DNA of 64,000 bases, taken from the NCBI RefSeq assembly GCF_000007005.1, contig NC_002754.1; one strand, given 5' to 3'. The notes under the pieces were generated by a model. The model had not been told where the DNA came from. It saw only the letters and a list, made by a program, of their open reading frames with translations, and ran no database searches. Of this stretch, positions 20,983 through 31,997 are shown piece after piece (within the stretch, counting starts at the first letter, position 1; every line of letters starts with the position of its first letter). Origin of the DNA: Saccharolobus solfataricus P2. GTDB lineage: Archaea > Thermoproteota > Thermoprotei_A > Sulfolobales > Sulfolobaceae. Position numbers and translations under genes: made by a program.

Positions 20983-22137
20983 ATGGTATTTTATCATAGA
21001 CAAGGTGAATTGCCTAAGAAGAGGCATACTGTATTCATGAAAGATGGGAAGTTAATGAGGGAGGAAGTATTTGGGCTTAATGGGTTTAATGGGAGATATT
21101 CCCTTCTCTATCATTTAAATCCCCCCACAAGGATAATGAAATTAGGGGAGTGGAAAAGTAATACAATAGGGGAGTGGAAGGACGCTGAGTATAGACACCA
21201 TAAACTCTCAACCTCAAAATTAAGGAAAAGTAGCGATGTTTTCCTAGATCGTATAGCTCTAATATTTAATGATAATCTCATCATATCCTTTTCAAAAGTA
21301 GACGAGGGAGATACTAAATTGTTTTACAGAAACGCCGATTTTGATGAGATATATTACGTACACTCAGGGGAAATATTATTTAAAAGCGTATTTGGGGAAA
21401 TAGAGGTAAAAGAGGGAGATTATTTAGTAATTCCCAGGGGAACTACTTATACACTCTCCTTTAAGAAGAACGCAGAGCTTTTTATTATCGAAGGCAAGCA
21501 GATAGAAGTGCCTAAAGACTACAGAAATGAATATGGACAATTAGTTGAGGGCTCCTTCTATTATAATAGAGATCTAAAATTACCTGTTTTAAGAACTTAT
21601 GACGAAAATGGTAATTACAAGCTAGTTATCAAAACAGTTAATGGTTTTCAACTGGTAGAGTTAGATACGCATCCTTTTGACGTTGTTGGTTGGGATGGTT
21701 ATCTTTATCCTTTTGCCTTAAGTGTTTACGATTTAGAACCCATTACCGGTAAACTACATCAACCACCAACAGCCTATACTACTTTTGCAGCTGACGATTT
21801 TGTTGTATGTACGTTTGTGCCTAGATTATTCGATTATCACCCCCAGTCTGTTCCGATATCTTATTATCATAATAATATTGATGCTGAAGAGATAATCTTC
21901 TATTCCTCTGGACAATTTATGAGTAGAAGAGGAATAAATAAGGGTGACATAACCCTACATAGGGGAGGCCATATACATGGACCACAGCCAAGTGCAGTTG
22001 AGGCAAGCCTTAACAAGAGAGGTACATATAACGATGAGGTAGCCATTATGGTAGAGACACAGAAAAGAGTGAAAGTGTCTATTTACGCAAAAGAGATAGA
22101 TGATCCAACATATCCATTATCATGGTATACCTCATAG
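20983..22137 (+). CDS. hmgA: Homogentisate 1,2-dioxygenase
   Basis: YRNADFDE, HPFDVVGWDG, KLHQPP, YYHNNIDAEE, TLHRGGHIHGPQ (Fe ligands). Confidence 0.9.
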   Translation: MVFYHRQGELPKKRHTVFMKDGKLMREEVFGLNGFNGRYSLLYHLNPPTRIMKLGEWKSNTIGEWKDAEYRHHKLSTSKLRKSSDVFLDRIALIFNDNLIISFSKVDEGDTKLFYRNADFDEIYYVHSGEILFKSVFGEIEVKEGDYLVIPRGTTYTLSFKKNAELFIIEGKQIEVPKDYRNEYGQLVEGSFYYNRDLKLPVLRTYDENGNYKLVIKTVNGFQLVELDTHPFDVVGWDGYLYPFALSVYDLEPITGKLHQPPTAYTTFAADDFVVCTFVPRLFDYHPQSVPISYYHNNIDAEEIIFYSSGQFMSRRGINKGDITLHRGGHIHGPQPSAVEASLNKRGTYNDEVAIMVETQKRVKVSIYAKEIDDPTYPLSWYTS

Positions 22138-22467
22138 GGACATTTTGTGGAATTCATCAGATAATAATATTTCATTTAGCTTAGATCTATTTTATTGTTT
22201 TTAATTTTAATAAGTAAGAATGTGAAGGGATTTGGGCTTCATAGGATTTCACGATATTTAATCCTCAATCTTTTGACTTCACCAAAGCCAAACCCGTTCA
22301 TCTTTCTTCGCCTCATTAGCGGAAAGTCCCGAGTAAGATAAACTCCCTTTTACTAGTCATGAAAAACTTTATAGACTTTACTGTTCGTCTGAAACTGCTG
22401 ACCACAGCTTAAAAACTAAAAAATGAAAAGTTAATTTTCGTCTCAAATTCAGTCTAGCTTTCATTAC

Positions 22468-23892
22468 TTAAGCATAGGTTGTAGTAGAGGGTCTTTCCCT
22501 TATCCTAGTCGCTAAGATAGTCACTAAAACAGTTGTAGCCATAGAGATTAAAAATGCATATTCAAAGGCCAATCTGGAAGGAACAAATGCAAATATCGGT
22601 ATATTATTTAAATACCCCTCAAATATTGGAGTCTTAAATGTATCCTCTAATGACCCAACAACTATTGGACCTAAAGTATTACCCATTAACCTCATTGAAG
22701 TATTAGTTCCAGTTAAGGTGCTCATCCTTTCTCTTTTTGATGAAGCGATTAGCAAAGTTACCCTTGTCACATTCATTCCAGAGATAAAAAACAAGATTAA
22801 TGACAAGAAGCCCATTAATTCTAAAACGGAAATTCTAAGGGAAATTATATATGCGAGGAAAAGTAAAAGGAAAGATGAGACTGAAGACGAGGTAAGGATT
22901 ACTTTCATATAGCCAATCTTTGTGACTAATCTTCCAAAGAAGGGACCAGCAATTAGAATTATTAAAGCAATTGGTGCCATTGTCTCTCCCGTCTGTAAAA
23001 TAGTCATACCGTAACCTATTGGAGACGGGAGTTCAAAAATGAAGACTAAAGACTGGAAAGTTAAGAATAAGCCAAAACCAGTAATAAACGAGGAAATAAG
23101 TGGGACAGCAACATTAGGATTCTTAAAATCATAAGGGTCAATTATCGGGTTTCTACTTTTGCTTATATGAAGTGCAAAGAGGTAAAACAGAAGAATTGAG
23201 AGAAGTAAAGAGGTGAAGAACTGTAAAGATGTCCATCCCCATGTAGGAGCTTCGGTTAAACCAATACCAAGGATTAGGAAAGATAGGGAAAGAAGAATAA
23301 CTCCCACATCGTCTATTTTCCTATCACTACCCTTTGACTCGGATGAAGGTAATATCACATAGATAATTATAGTAGAAAGAATTAAGAGTGGTATTGCTGT
23401 TTCGTAAGCGAATTCCCATGAGAAATATTGTGAAATGTAACTACCAATAGGAAGTGCTACAGCTGCACCTATCGCAAATGTTGATGCAATTATACCTTGG
23501 GCTATTGGTAGTTCTCTATCCGGTATTCTTTCCCTTAGTATCGTATAAGCTATTGGATTTATACTTAAACCTATCCCTTGTATGCTCCTTGAAATTAAAA
23601 GGATGGAATAGTTTGGTGAGATCGCAGTTAAGAATACACTTAGTATATATACAACTAGGATCGAAATTAAGACCTTTTTCCTTCCATAACTATCAGCTAA
23701 TTTTCCTAAGAAGGGAGCTAAGGTCATACCAGCTAATGTTTCAGAAGACAAGACCCATGATGCTTCTGATGATGTTATTGAGAATTGGTTTTCTATTTCT
23801 GGTAAAGAAGGCAAAATTACCATTTCTACATACATTGTCATTATTGTTATAAATGCTAGGATAGGGACATATCTCAGAAATGCTCTCTCCAT
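22468..23892 (-). CDS. MFS transporter (14-TM drug:H+ antiporter type)
   Basis: GKLADSYGRKK motif A; many hydrophobic segments over 474 aa. Confidence 0.88.
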   Translation of the reverse strand: MERAFLRYVPILAFITIMTMYVEMVILPSLPEIENQFSITSSEASWVLSSETLAGMTLAPFLGKLADSYGRKKVLISILVVYILSVFLTAISPNYSILLISRSIQGIGLSINPIAYTILRERIPDRELPIAQGIIASTFAIGAAVALPIGSYISQYFSWEFAYETAIPLLILSTIIIYVILPSSESKGSDRKIDDVGVILLSLSFLILGIGLTEAPTWGWTSLQFFTSLLLSILLFYLFALHISKSRNPIIDPYDFKNPNVAVPLISSFITGFGLFLTFQSLVFIFELPSPIGYGMTILQTGETMAPIALIILIAGPFFGRLVTKIGYMKVILTSSSVSSFLLLFLAYIISLRISVLELMGFLSLILFFISGMNVTRVTLLIASSKRERMSTLTGTNTSMRLMGNTLGPIVVGSLEDTFKTPIFEGYLNNIPIFAFVPSRLAFEYAFLISMATTVLVTILATRIRERPSTTTYA

Positions 23893-24064
23893 AATAGATA
23901 TATCTACTTGATGATACTAAACTTTTACTCCTCAAATAGAGTACTTTTACGATCATTAATCGTACAGTATAAACGAAAAGTGAAATATTATTCATCTACT
24001 ACGTAGAGTTAACATCATATTGTAAAATATTACCTCGTAAGTTAATAAAAACCACCAAGCACAT

Positions 24065-24120
24065 CAGTGATGTTTCACCAATTTTACTAGAAATGATATA
24101 TTTTATTGAAGAGAAAAAGG
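24065..24120 (+). mobile_element. Left-end remnant of an ISC1439-type IS
   Basis: CAGTGATGTTTCACCAATTTTACTAGAAATGAT matches 54678 onward and 33293 onward. Confidence 0.7.
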
Positions 24121-24375
24121 CGGAGAAAGAGGAAGTGGAAAATCAGAGAAGACGATTAGAGAAACTAATGGGCATATGGTAAGAATTGATTGATGTATGC
24201 TTAGTTGATATATTGAATATATTTTACGTTAAACTGGTATTATATTCCTTTCAATTAATGATAAGATACGCTATTTAGACTTATGATGTCTCTTAACTCA
24301 TTTGCGGAAACTCGACATATCCACAAACCATCATATAGAAGAATATTTTTATTCTTTAATCTATTAAAGTAATTT

Positions 24376-25023
24376 ATGGAAAAGCTGTCATTAATATCTG
24401 CAGATCTCGTACATCCTGATTGTTGGACTGAACGTACTGAAAAATACCTCGTCAATGTCAAACTATTATCTCAGCAATTCAGTGACGATAAGTTTTTCGT
24501 CTCCAAAGTTTTGATTTTAGGCAAAGATTCCAGAAACCTAATTGACGAGCTTAAGAATTTTAAAGGGGTTAAAATAAATAAATTATATTGCTTGGATGAA
24601 GATTCTTTTGTAATGGACTTCATTTATCCTAGATACAATTCTGTTTCTAGCTTATTTTATGATACCAATTCCATAGTTATATCTCATAGAATAGTTGATG
24701 GTATAGAAAAATGGAAGATAATTGCTAGCTCCTCAATGGTAAGTCACATATTGGAGAAATTAGAGAATACCACTAATTTGATAGATTTTAAAGAAATAAA
24801 TCTAAAGAAATTGGAAAGACTATTGGATAAGTTAACGGATAGGAATTTAAGTTTTCTTAAAATTGCCCATAAGCAAGGTTTATTTGATTATCCTAAGCGT
24901 AAAACTCTATTATCCTTGAGTAAGGAGCTAGGAATCAAACCTAATACGCTTCTCTATCATATAAGAAAGTCTGAAAGTTCGTTGTTGGAGATCTTGATAG
25001 ATGAGTACTATAGTTTATTATAG
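24376..25023 (+). CDS. Bacterio-opsin-activator-type HTH transcription regulator
   Basis: C-terminal LKIAHKQGLFDYPKRKTLLSLSKELGIKPNTLLYHIRKSE. Confidence 0.85.
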   Translation: MEKLSLISADLVHPDCWTERTEKYLVNVKLLSQQFSDDKFFVSKVLILGKDSRNLIDELKNFKGVKINKLYCLDEDSFVMDFIYPRYNSVSSLFYDTNSIVISHRIVDGIEKWKIIASSSMVSHILEKLENTTNLIDFKEINLKKLERLLDKLTDRNLSFLKIAHKQGLFDYPKRKTLLSLSKELGIKPNTLLYHIRKSESSLLEILIDEYYSLL

Positions 25024-25058
25024 TAAATTTTTTAAATAACAAGAAACTTGTTTATGAT

Positions 25059-25868
25059 ATGAGTGTAAGTAAAATTTACCTTTTAGATCACGGAAAAATT
25101 AGCGCAGATCTAGCGTGGTTCCTTCCGAATCCAATGACAATAGAGGACATGAAGAATCCTAAACCTCGAAATTGGGTTGACGTAAGTGTAATGAGTGCAG
25201 TAATTGAACATAAGGATGGCGTAATACTCTTCGATACTGGAATACCAGATAATGTAAGTGGGAAATGGCCTCAGATTGCGTTGAGTGTATTTCCAGTTAC
25301 TAAATATTCAGAAGAAAATAAAATGGAAAATCAGTTAAAGAAAATTGGGTATAAACCAGAAGATATACACTTTATAATACTTTCTCATTTACATTTGGAT
25401 CATACTGGAAGTCTAGAGCTATTTAAGAACTCTAAACCTGATGTAATTGTTCACGAGAAAGAATTAAAGTACGCATTACTAAATTTGTGGTTAAATAAAC
25501 CTGTTCCTTATCTATTAAGAGATTTAGAGATCTTACGAGAAATGAACATTGTCCCAATGTCTACCGAGTATTTGGAAATACTGCCCGGCGTTGAATTGCT
25601 CTTGATTGGGGGACATACACCTGGGTCAATATTGCTAAAGGTAAGAACGCAAAATGATAACAATTATATATTTACTGGAGATTTCATACATGTCCCAGAA
25701 GAATTAAGCTTTGAAAGTAAAGGCTGGTTATTGGGCAATGCAGAAGAATACTATACTAGAATAAGGCTTCTTAAATCAATGCAAAAGTTACCTAGAACGA
25801 ATATAATAATCTCACATGATCCGAAACTATGGGAGAAGTATCCAAAAGCTCCAAAAGAACTAAAATAG
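25059..25868 (+). CDS. Metallo-beta-lactamase-fold N-acyl-homoserine-lactonase family hydrolase
   Basis: FDTG, SHLHLDHTG, GGHTPG, FTGD, ISHD. Confidence 0.8.
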   Translation: MSVSKIYLLDHGKISADLAWFLPNPMTIEDMKNPKPRNWVDVSVMSAVIEHKDGVILFDTGIPDNVSGKWPQIALSVFPVTKYSEENKMENQLKKIGYKPEDIHFIILSHLHLDHTGSLELFKNSKPDVIVHEKELKYALLNLWLNKPVPYLLRDLEILREMNIVPMSTEYLEILPGVELLLIGGHTPGSILLKVRTQNDNNYIFTGDFIHVPEELSFESKGWLLGNAEEYYTRIRLLKSMQKLPRTNIIISHDPKLWEKYPKAPKELK

Positions 25869-26101
25869 TTCATAAATTAGACTAGAGGATTATGGAATTT
25901 CCAGAGAAAATGAAAGAGGAAATTTAAGCCTTGTGAATCTATTGAATATTTTTTACAGAATTTCTATTATCTCCTTTTCAATTAATCTCAGAATTTACAA
26001 TTGGTGTTTGTAATACCCCTCAATTCTTTGTAAAAATTCGATAAGTATATAAAGTTAGAAATTTACTAATTTTTAAAAATCTTCAAACACGTTTGCAGTA
26101 T

Positions 26102-27334
26102 TTATTTCGTCTTATTGGATAGTTCTAATACTAATAGTCCTAAAACCTTGATGGAATCCAGTAGGTCCTTCACATATATGTACTCATCATTAGCATGAGC
26201 TAGCTCAATTCTTCCTGGACCGTAATTAATACTTTTTATCCCTTCATTAATAGTGAATCTAATATCAAATGTCCCTGCTGATAATACGGTTCTAGCCTCA
26301 ACTCCTCTTACCTCTCTAATCTTTTCCCTCAATGCACTTATTAATCTCTCATCATCGCAACGCATAGTATTTACCGCATAAAATTCGTCATATTCGTACC
26401 TTACTCCAGTACTTTTACTTATGTTATCCAAAACCCTAATTATGCTATGTCTCACCTCCTCTAAATTTTCCTCTGGGATTAGCCTTCTTACTATACTAAA
26501 TTCACAATAGTCCGCTACCGTATTTACCCATGTTCCGCATTTAACCACGCCAACTAATATGGTAGGCTTTTTACCCGACTCTGGAGATATCTCGTATTTA
26601 GATACAATATCGGGAATTGCCTTATAAAGCTCTTCTATCATTAGGGAGGTAGCTTTAACCGCATCGATTCCCAACTGTGGAAACCCACCATGACTTTTCT
26701 TACCATAAACCCTTACAATAGCCCATATTGCACCCCTATGACCATTACACACATTATCTGGCCCAGTAGGCTCAGTGAATATGACGTAATTTACATTCTT
26801 AAATATACCCTTTTGGACCAAATAATAAGTTCCTGCATTCCTATTACCGACAGTTTCCTCATCTGGAACAATTGTTTGAATCACTTGGATATTTGATGGT
26901 AACAGTTTAGCTCTCCTTAACATCTCTATTGCGTAAATTTGCGCAACTATACCAGACTTCATATCTGAGGCACCTCTCCCGTAAATTTTACCGTCCTTCT
27001 CTATTCCTTTATAGGGATCTACACTCCATCCCTCTCCTGCAGGGACTACATCGTAATGAGCGTTAAAGGCTATTCTATTGTTACCATTACCTAAATATCC
27101 AACTAGATTAGGTCTTTTACCATAACCAAATCTAATCAGACTTTTCAACTCTTCATCAGTGGGCTCTATTACTTGAGTTTTATAACCAAATTCATCCAAT
27201 TTATTTTTTATAACATTAACAATTTTCTCATAATTCAATCCAGGGGGATTCTCAGTGGGGATTCTTATCAACTCCTTTAAAAAATCGACTATCTCCCCTC
27301 TTAGTTCTTCAATAATCTCATCAATTTTTGACAT
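26102..27334 (-). CDS. M20 family metallopeptidase (ArgE/DapE-like)
   Basis: NAHYDVVP, GRGASDMKSG, PDEE, FTEPT, AHANDE. Confidence 0.88.
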   Translation of the reverse strand: MSKIDEIIEELRGEIVDFLKELIRIPTENPPGLNYEKIVNVIKNKLDEFGYKTQVIEPTDEELKSLIRFGYGKRPNLVGYLGNGNNRIAFNAHYDVVPAGEGWSVDPYKGIEKDGKIYGRGASDMKSGIVAQIYAIEMLRRAKLLPSNIQVIQTIVPDEETVGNRNAGTYYLVQKGIFKNVNYVIFTEPTGPDNVCNGHRGAIWAIVRVYGKKSHGGFPQLGIDAVKATSLMIEELYKAIPDIVSKYEISPESGKKPTILVGVVKCGTWVNTVADYCEFSIVRRLIPEENLEEVRHSIIRVLDNISKSTGVRYEYDEFYAVNTMRCDDERLISALREKIREVRGVEARTVLSAGTFDIRFTINEGIKSINYGPGRIELAHANDEYIYVKDLLDSIKVLGLLVLELSNKTK

Positions 27335-27413
27335 ATATTTAATTAAAAATTTCCCCTTAATAATGTTTTGCGGGCAAAACTTTAGAAGTATACAGAAATT
27401 TATAATTAATCAT

Positions 27414-27492
27414 TAGTATTTTGGAAAAGTTCTTAGACTATGATCTAGTGGTATATCCTTTGCCTAAAGCTATAAACTTTCTGAAAGCACTA
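27414..27492 (-). mobile_element. SM1-type MITE (79 bp)
   Basis: Reverse complement nearly identical to 10216..10294. Confidence 0.9.
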
Positions 27493-27825
27493 ACGTTAAG
27501 GATGCTCTGTGAACTTGTTGATTTTTCTTGAGCCTTTGAAGGTATTTTTAAACATAAATTGCACATCTGATCATTAGTTGAAAGGAAGATAATAGTAATT
27601 TAGTGGAAAATGTTCAACAGATCAACTAGGCGTTAAAAACATGCTTTGTGGACTATTTCAAATTTTATAGGGATCAACGCTAAACCCATTTTCAAATCGA
27701 CGTCGAATTTTGAATTTAGGAGTATACAATGAGTTTAACATATTATAAAATTGAAGTGATCCACAAAGTTTTAAAAACAGAAAAATTTTTAAATTGTTTA
27801 TATTAGTATATATTGAAGATACAAA

Positions 27826-29118
27826 GTGGTATACGGCCTAAATAAACAACAATGGCTAGCAGTGTTCTCTACATGGTTAGGATGGTTAATGGATGGTTAT
27901 ACTTCTATAGCTTATGCTCTAGTTGCAGTTACTATTTCGAAAATATTTTTCCCTTCAACCATAGGAATTCTAGGTTTAATAGCCACTTTTGGAGGATTCG
28001 CAGTTGGTGCATTAGCTAGGCCCGTAGGATCTTTAGTGTTTGGAAATTTCATAGGAGATAAGATAGGTAGGAAAAATATGTTAGTTCTAACGATTTTAGG
28101 TTTTTCCTTAATAGCCTCTTCTAAAGCCCTATTACCTTCATACGAAACCGCGGGAATTTTAGCTCCACTATTTCTTTACATCATATTATTTGCTGAGGGC
28201 ATGTTTGCAGGTGCAGAATATGGAGGAGGAACCACATTGGCGTTAGAGTCTGTACCTGTAGGCAAGAGAGGATTTATTGGCTCTTTTGTGCAAAGTGGTT
28301 TTGGTACAGGTTATTTCGTAATATCGTTAGTATACTCAGCTCTGTATAGTATGTTTGGGAATGAAGGATTCCAAACTTTAGGATGGAGAGTCCTTTTTGC
28401 AACTTGCATATTGCCTGGATTAATTACGTTAATAATTAGAAAAATGACAGACGAAAGTCCAATCTTTAAGGATATGAAAAGTGGGAATGAAGTGGTCAAG
28501 ATACCTATAAAGGAGTTGTTCAAAATGTCTTATTCCTCAGTATTAATAGGGTTAATGATAACAAGTGGATTGTTATACATAAACACTGCTACCTTTTCTT
28601 TCTATCCTACAGTGTTGACTATTCAAGGAATACCAGGGACAATTGTGGGATTAAGCGTTGCTATAATAAATTTGGTTTCCCTTTTTGGAGTTTGGTTTGG
28701 CGGATTTCTAGCTGATGTCATTAAAAGGGGAAGAAAAGTTCCAATGCTAATTTATTCAATAATATTCATTTTCACCGTATACCCAGTTTTGTATCTGGGA
28801 TTGCTAAAGAACGTGTATTTATCCACTATCGTATTTAGCTTACAAGCATTTTTAGAAGCTATGATATTCTCCACTTTACCTGCATTTCTTGCAGAACAGT
28901 TTAGTAAAAAATATAGAACTACGGGAGTAGGATTTACATATAATGGGGGAGCAATAGGAGGTGGTTTTGCTATATCTGCTACTTTAGCGTTATCAACGTA
29001 CTTAGGCTTACTTTACTCATGGTCGATAAACATTATTATAGCTGGGATAATAATGATAATGGGTATTGTCTTAGCAAAAGAAACTTATACTGGAAAAGAA
29101 GATCCAATTTTGAGGTGA
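27826..29118 (+). CDS. MFS transporter (metabolite:H+ symporter type)
   Basis: ARPVGSLVFGNFIGDKIGRK, GAEYGGG, AEQFSKKYRTTGVG. Confidence 0.88.
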   Translation: MVYGLNKQQWLAVFSTWLGWLMDGYTSIAYALVAVTISKIFFPSTIGILGLIATFGGFAVGALARPVGSLVFGNFIGDKIGRKNMLVLTILGFSLIASSKALLPSYETAGILAPLFLYIILFAEGMFAGAEYGGGTTLALESVPVGKRGFIGSFVQSGFGTGYFVISLVYSALYSMFGNEGFQTLGWRVLFATCILPGLITLIIRKMTDESPIFKDMKSGNEVVKIPIKELFKMSYSSVLIGLMITSGLLYINTATFSFYPTVLTIQGIPGTIVGLSVAIINLVSLFGVWFGGFLADVIKRGRKVPMLIYSIIFIFTVYPVLYLGLLKNVYLSTIVFSLQAFLEAMIFSTLPAFLAEQFSKKYRTTGVGFTYNGGAIGGGFAISATLALSTYLGLLYSWSINIIIAGIIMIMGIVLAKETYTGKEDPILR

Positions 29119-29122
29119 GATT

Positions 29123-29971
29123 TTGAAAATAGGTATAAATGGAATAAAAGTAGGTGGATATACTGATGAGAAGTCCAAGTCTGGAGTTACAGTAATATTA
29201 AGCGAGATTGAAAATAATACTGCAGGGATTTCTCAAAGAGGAGGGTCACCTGCAACTTTGGGTACAGATTTGCTAAGACCGAAACATAGAGGTAATCAAT
29301 CAGTAAATGCAATAGTGTTAACTGGAAGAAGTGTTTTCGGAATAAGAGTAGTTGATGCGGTTTTAATGAAGTTGTTTGAATTGGGAGTAGGGTTTAAAAT
29401 ATCTCAAAACCTAAAAATTCCAATCGTGGTCTCGGCATCTATATTTGACTTTTACGATAACACTATTATGCCTACTCCGGATTGGGGATATAACGCCATG
29501 AGCAATTTAGGCTATGACATACCGATAGGTAGATATTGGGCTGGTAGAGGTGCAACAGTCGGAAAGCTTAAGGGAATAAAATATGCTAAACCATCTGGAC
29601 AAGGCTATTATGAGATAGAAAACAACAACTTAAAAATAGGTGTTATTTCGGTGGTGAATAGTATAGGTAATATATACGATGAAAAGGGGGAATTATTAGT
29701 AGGAGAAGAAACCGAAGAGTTCAAAATCAATACTCCGGGAACTACGTTAGGCGTTGTAATAACTAACTCAAAGTTAAATAACTCAGACGCTTGTAGAGTT
29801 GCCAGCAGTGCAGAAAATGGATTTTCCTCAGTGATAAAACCATATAACCTTTCTCTTGATGGAGATACAGTATTCACTATAGCAACTAATGAAATGGAGG
29901 TCCCAGTGGACAAAGTAATAGCACTAACCTACGAAGCATCTAGGGAATCAGTACTCTCCATTTTCAAGTGA
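29123..29971 (+). CDS. P1/S58 (DmpA-like) peptidase / aminopeptidase
   Basis: RGGSPAT, VLTGRSVFG, GAGRG-like WAGRGATVGK, NTPGTTLGVVITN, DGDTVF. Confidence 0.75.
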   Translation: MKIGINGIKVGGYTDEKSKSGVTVILSEIENNTAGISQRGGSPATLGTDLLRPKHRGNQSVNAIVLTGRSVFGIRVVDAVLMKLFELGVGFKISQNLKIPIVVSASIFDFYDNTIMPTPDWGYNAMSNLGYDIPIGRYWAGRGATVGKLKGIKYAKPSGQGYYEIENNNLKIGVISVVNSIGNIYDEKGELLVGEETEEFKINTPGTTLGVVITNSKLNNSDACRVASSAENGFSSVIKPYNLSLDGDTVFTIATNEMEVPVDKVIALTYEASRESVLSIFK

Positions 29972-30735
29972 TAAGAATGGAACTATTTTCACTGAAAGGT
30001 AGAACTGCTGTAGTAATAGGAGCTGGAAGCGGAATTGGGAAGGCTATAGCCAAACTATTTACAGATTTAGGAGGAAAAGTAGTCGCTAGTGACGTAAAAG
30101 GCTTAGAGGATCTCCAAAGCACATATGACACATTCAAGGCAGATATAACTAATGTTAATGATGTGAGACAATTAGTAGAATTTAGTCTAAACAAACTAGG
30201 TGAAATTTACGCTCTATATATAACCCCTTCCATTAACATTAGGAAACGAATAGAGAATTACACATTGGATGAGTTCGATAGAGTTGTCAATCTAAACCTT
30301 AGAGGAAACTTCATAGTATTAAAGGAATTTCTAAAAGTTATGAAGGAAAACAAAAACGGAGGCAGCATCGTACTCTTTTCATCGATAAGACATCTAGTTA
30401 CGGAACCTGGACAAGCAGTATATGCATCAACTAAAGCTGCAATAGTCCAGTTAGCCAAAACAGCAGCTGCAGAATATGGTAAATACGGGTTAAGAGTTAA
30501 CGTTATAGCACCAGGGGTTGTCGATACTCCATTTACACAACAGATAAAGAATAATCCTGAATGGTATAGAGCATATACTGAGAAAACAATTCTCAAGAGA
30601 TGGGCTGATCCGATGGAAATAGCAAGTGTCGCAGTGTTCCTAGCTATGCCAGCCTCATCTTACATAACGGGTACAGTCATTTATGTAGATGGAGGATGGA
30701 CCGCCATAGATGGAAGATATGAACCAGATATCTAA
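29968..30735 (+). CDS. Short-chain dehydrogenase/reductase
   Basis: GAGSGIG, YASTK (YxxxK), NVIAPG, YVDGG. Confidence 0.9.
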   Translation: MIRMELFSLKGRTAVVIGAGSGIGKAIAKLFTDLGGKVVASDVKGLEDLQSTYDTFKADITNVNDVRQLVEFSLNKLGEIYALYITPSINIRKRIENYTLDEFDRVVNLNLRGNFIVLKEFLKVMKENKNGGSIVLFSSIRHLVTEPGQAVYASTKAAIVQLAKTAAAEYGKYGLRVNVIAPGVVDTPFTQQIKNNPEWYRAYTEKTILKRWADPMEIASVAVFLAMPASSYITGTVIYVDGGWTAIDGRYEPDI

Positions 30736-30830
30736 AATCACAGTAGAAATATTATTTTAACGTAGTTTAAAGATTTCCATCAGCCCGCTACCGGTCATTT
30801 TACAAAATGTTGAAAGCCTCGTCCCTTCTC

Positions 30831-31967
30831 AATAGACCCAAAATCACATCCCTAAAAATAAATCTATAGTATTAATAAGCGTTTTCTCTGGCTTAAATAG
30901 AGAATTTTCCAGATTGAATAAATCATCAGGAAACAAAAGGATAAGCAATAACCTAAACTCCTCCCTCCTCACCACACCCTTAAATAAGGAGTAAAGAACC
31001 ATAGCACGAAGATCAACACGCGGAAGACGAACCTAGTGGAACTGGTGAAGGGAAGGAAAGCCTTTATGTCCCTGTAAGAGGTCCCTATCGTACTCCTTAC
31101 CTTGTTGTACAACACCTCATTCTTCGGTAGGTCAAGATTAGTCCTCCTAGCGAAGTAAACAACCTCCTTCTTTCTCCTCTTGATCTCCCTACTATAGACC
31201 AGAAGCCTGAACTTAACTTACTCATCCTCACTATGCCTCTTACTATTCGTAACATATTCACCATCAAACTCCTCATAGATCTTGACATCGCCAACGGGAA
31301 CTCCAAATTATATAATTGAACCTAAATGAAGTTGAGCACATCAACTGTGTAGAAGCCATCAAGAGTTATCAACCTTATCTTGAACCCCATTGCAATTGCT
31401 CCACGAGGATCTTCACGATATTATCCTTGGTCATCCCGTTCACTTGTGTGACGAAAGCCAGTAGGCCATCATGTGTAGTAGTATAGTTCCACGAGTTTCC
31501 CTTTTCTGAGTCCTTTCACCGGTTTTCCGTACCAAGTTTTAGTGGTCCAGTCTATTTCCTTTTCTCCTTTCATCGTCTCCAAGGATTCCTCACTTGTTTC
31601 AAGAGTTTCTCAACTATCCACTCCTTGCTCCTCCGCGTAGTTTCTCACGGTTTGTGGTGATATGTTGTACGCGCTTGACTTGCTCTCTATGGAGTCGTTC
31701 CATAAACATGCTGAGATTAATGTTTTTCTAGGTTTTCTGCCTTTTTCCCTTGGAAGTTTAACATGGAAAGTAATTTATATCTTGCTTGTTGACTATTTAA
31801 TGAGGGAATTGGTATTCTCATGAACCCTCATGGTAATACCGATTTCCTCGCTTTAAACCTTTTTTCCAATTTATTGGATTCTTAATGTTGTTATAAACTT
31901 GATTATGTTAAATAGATCTAATATTATTCAATCCAAATTATTTTTATAAAATGATTTTGGGTCTACC
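30831..31967 (-). mobile_element. Degenerate ISH3-family IS (ISC1200/ISC1225-like, about 1137 bp)
   Basis: Inverted termini TAGACCCAAAATC / GATTTTGGGTCTACC; broken minus-strand transposase including YFARRTNLDLPKNEVLYNKVRSTIGTSYRDIKAFLPF. Confidence 0.8.
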
Positions 31968-31997
31968 GTTTAGGGCAGGCAGGAGTCAGAAAAACGA

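Noticed and set aside
22200-22460. GC-richer intergenic stretch that might be a tnpB right-end or ncRNA remnant on the minus strand
   Set aside because: Similarity was too vague to assign without an alignment.
24255-24461. 68-aa minus-strand ORF
   Set aside because: It overlaps the promoter and 5' end of the HTH regulator and has no motif.
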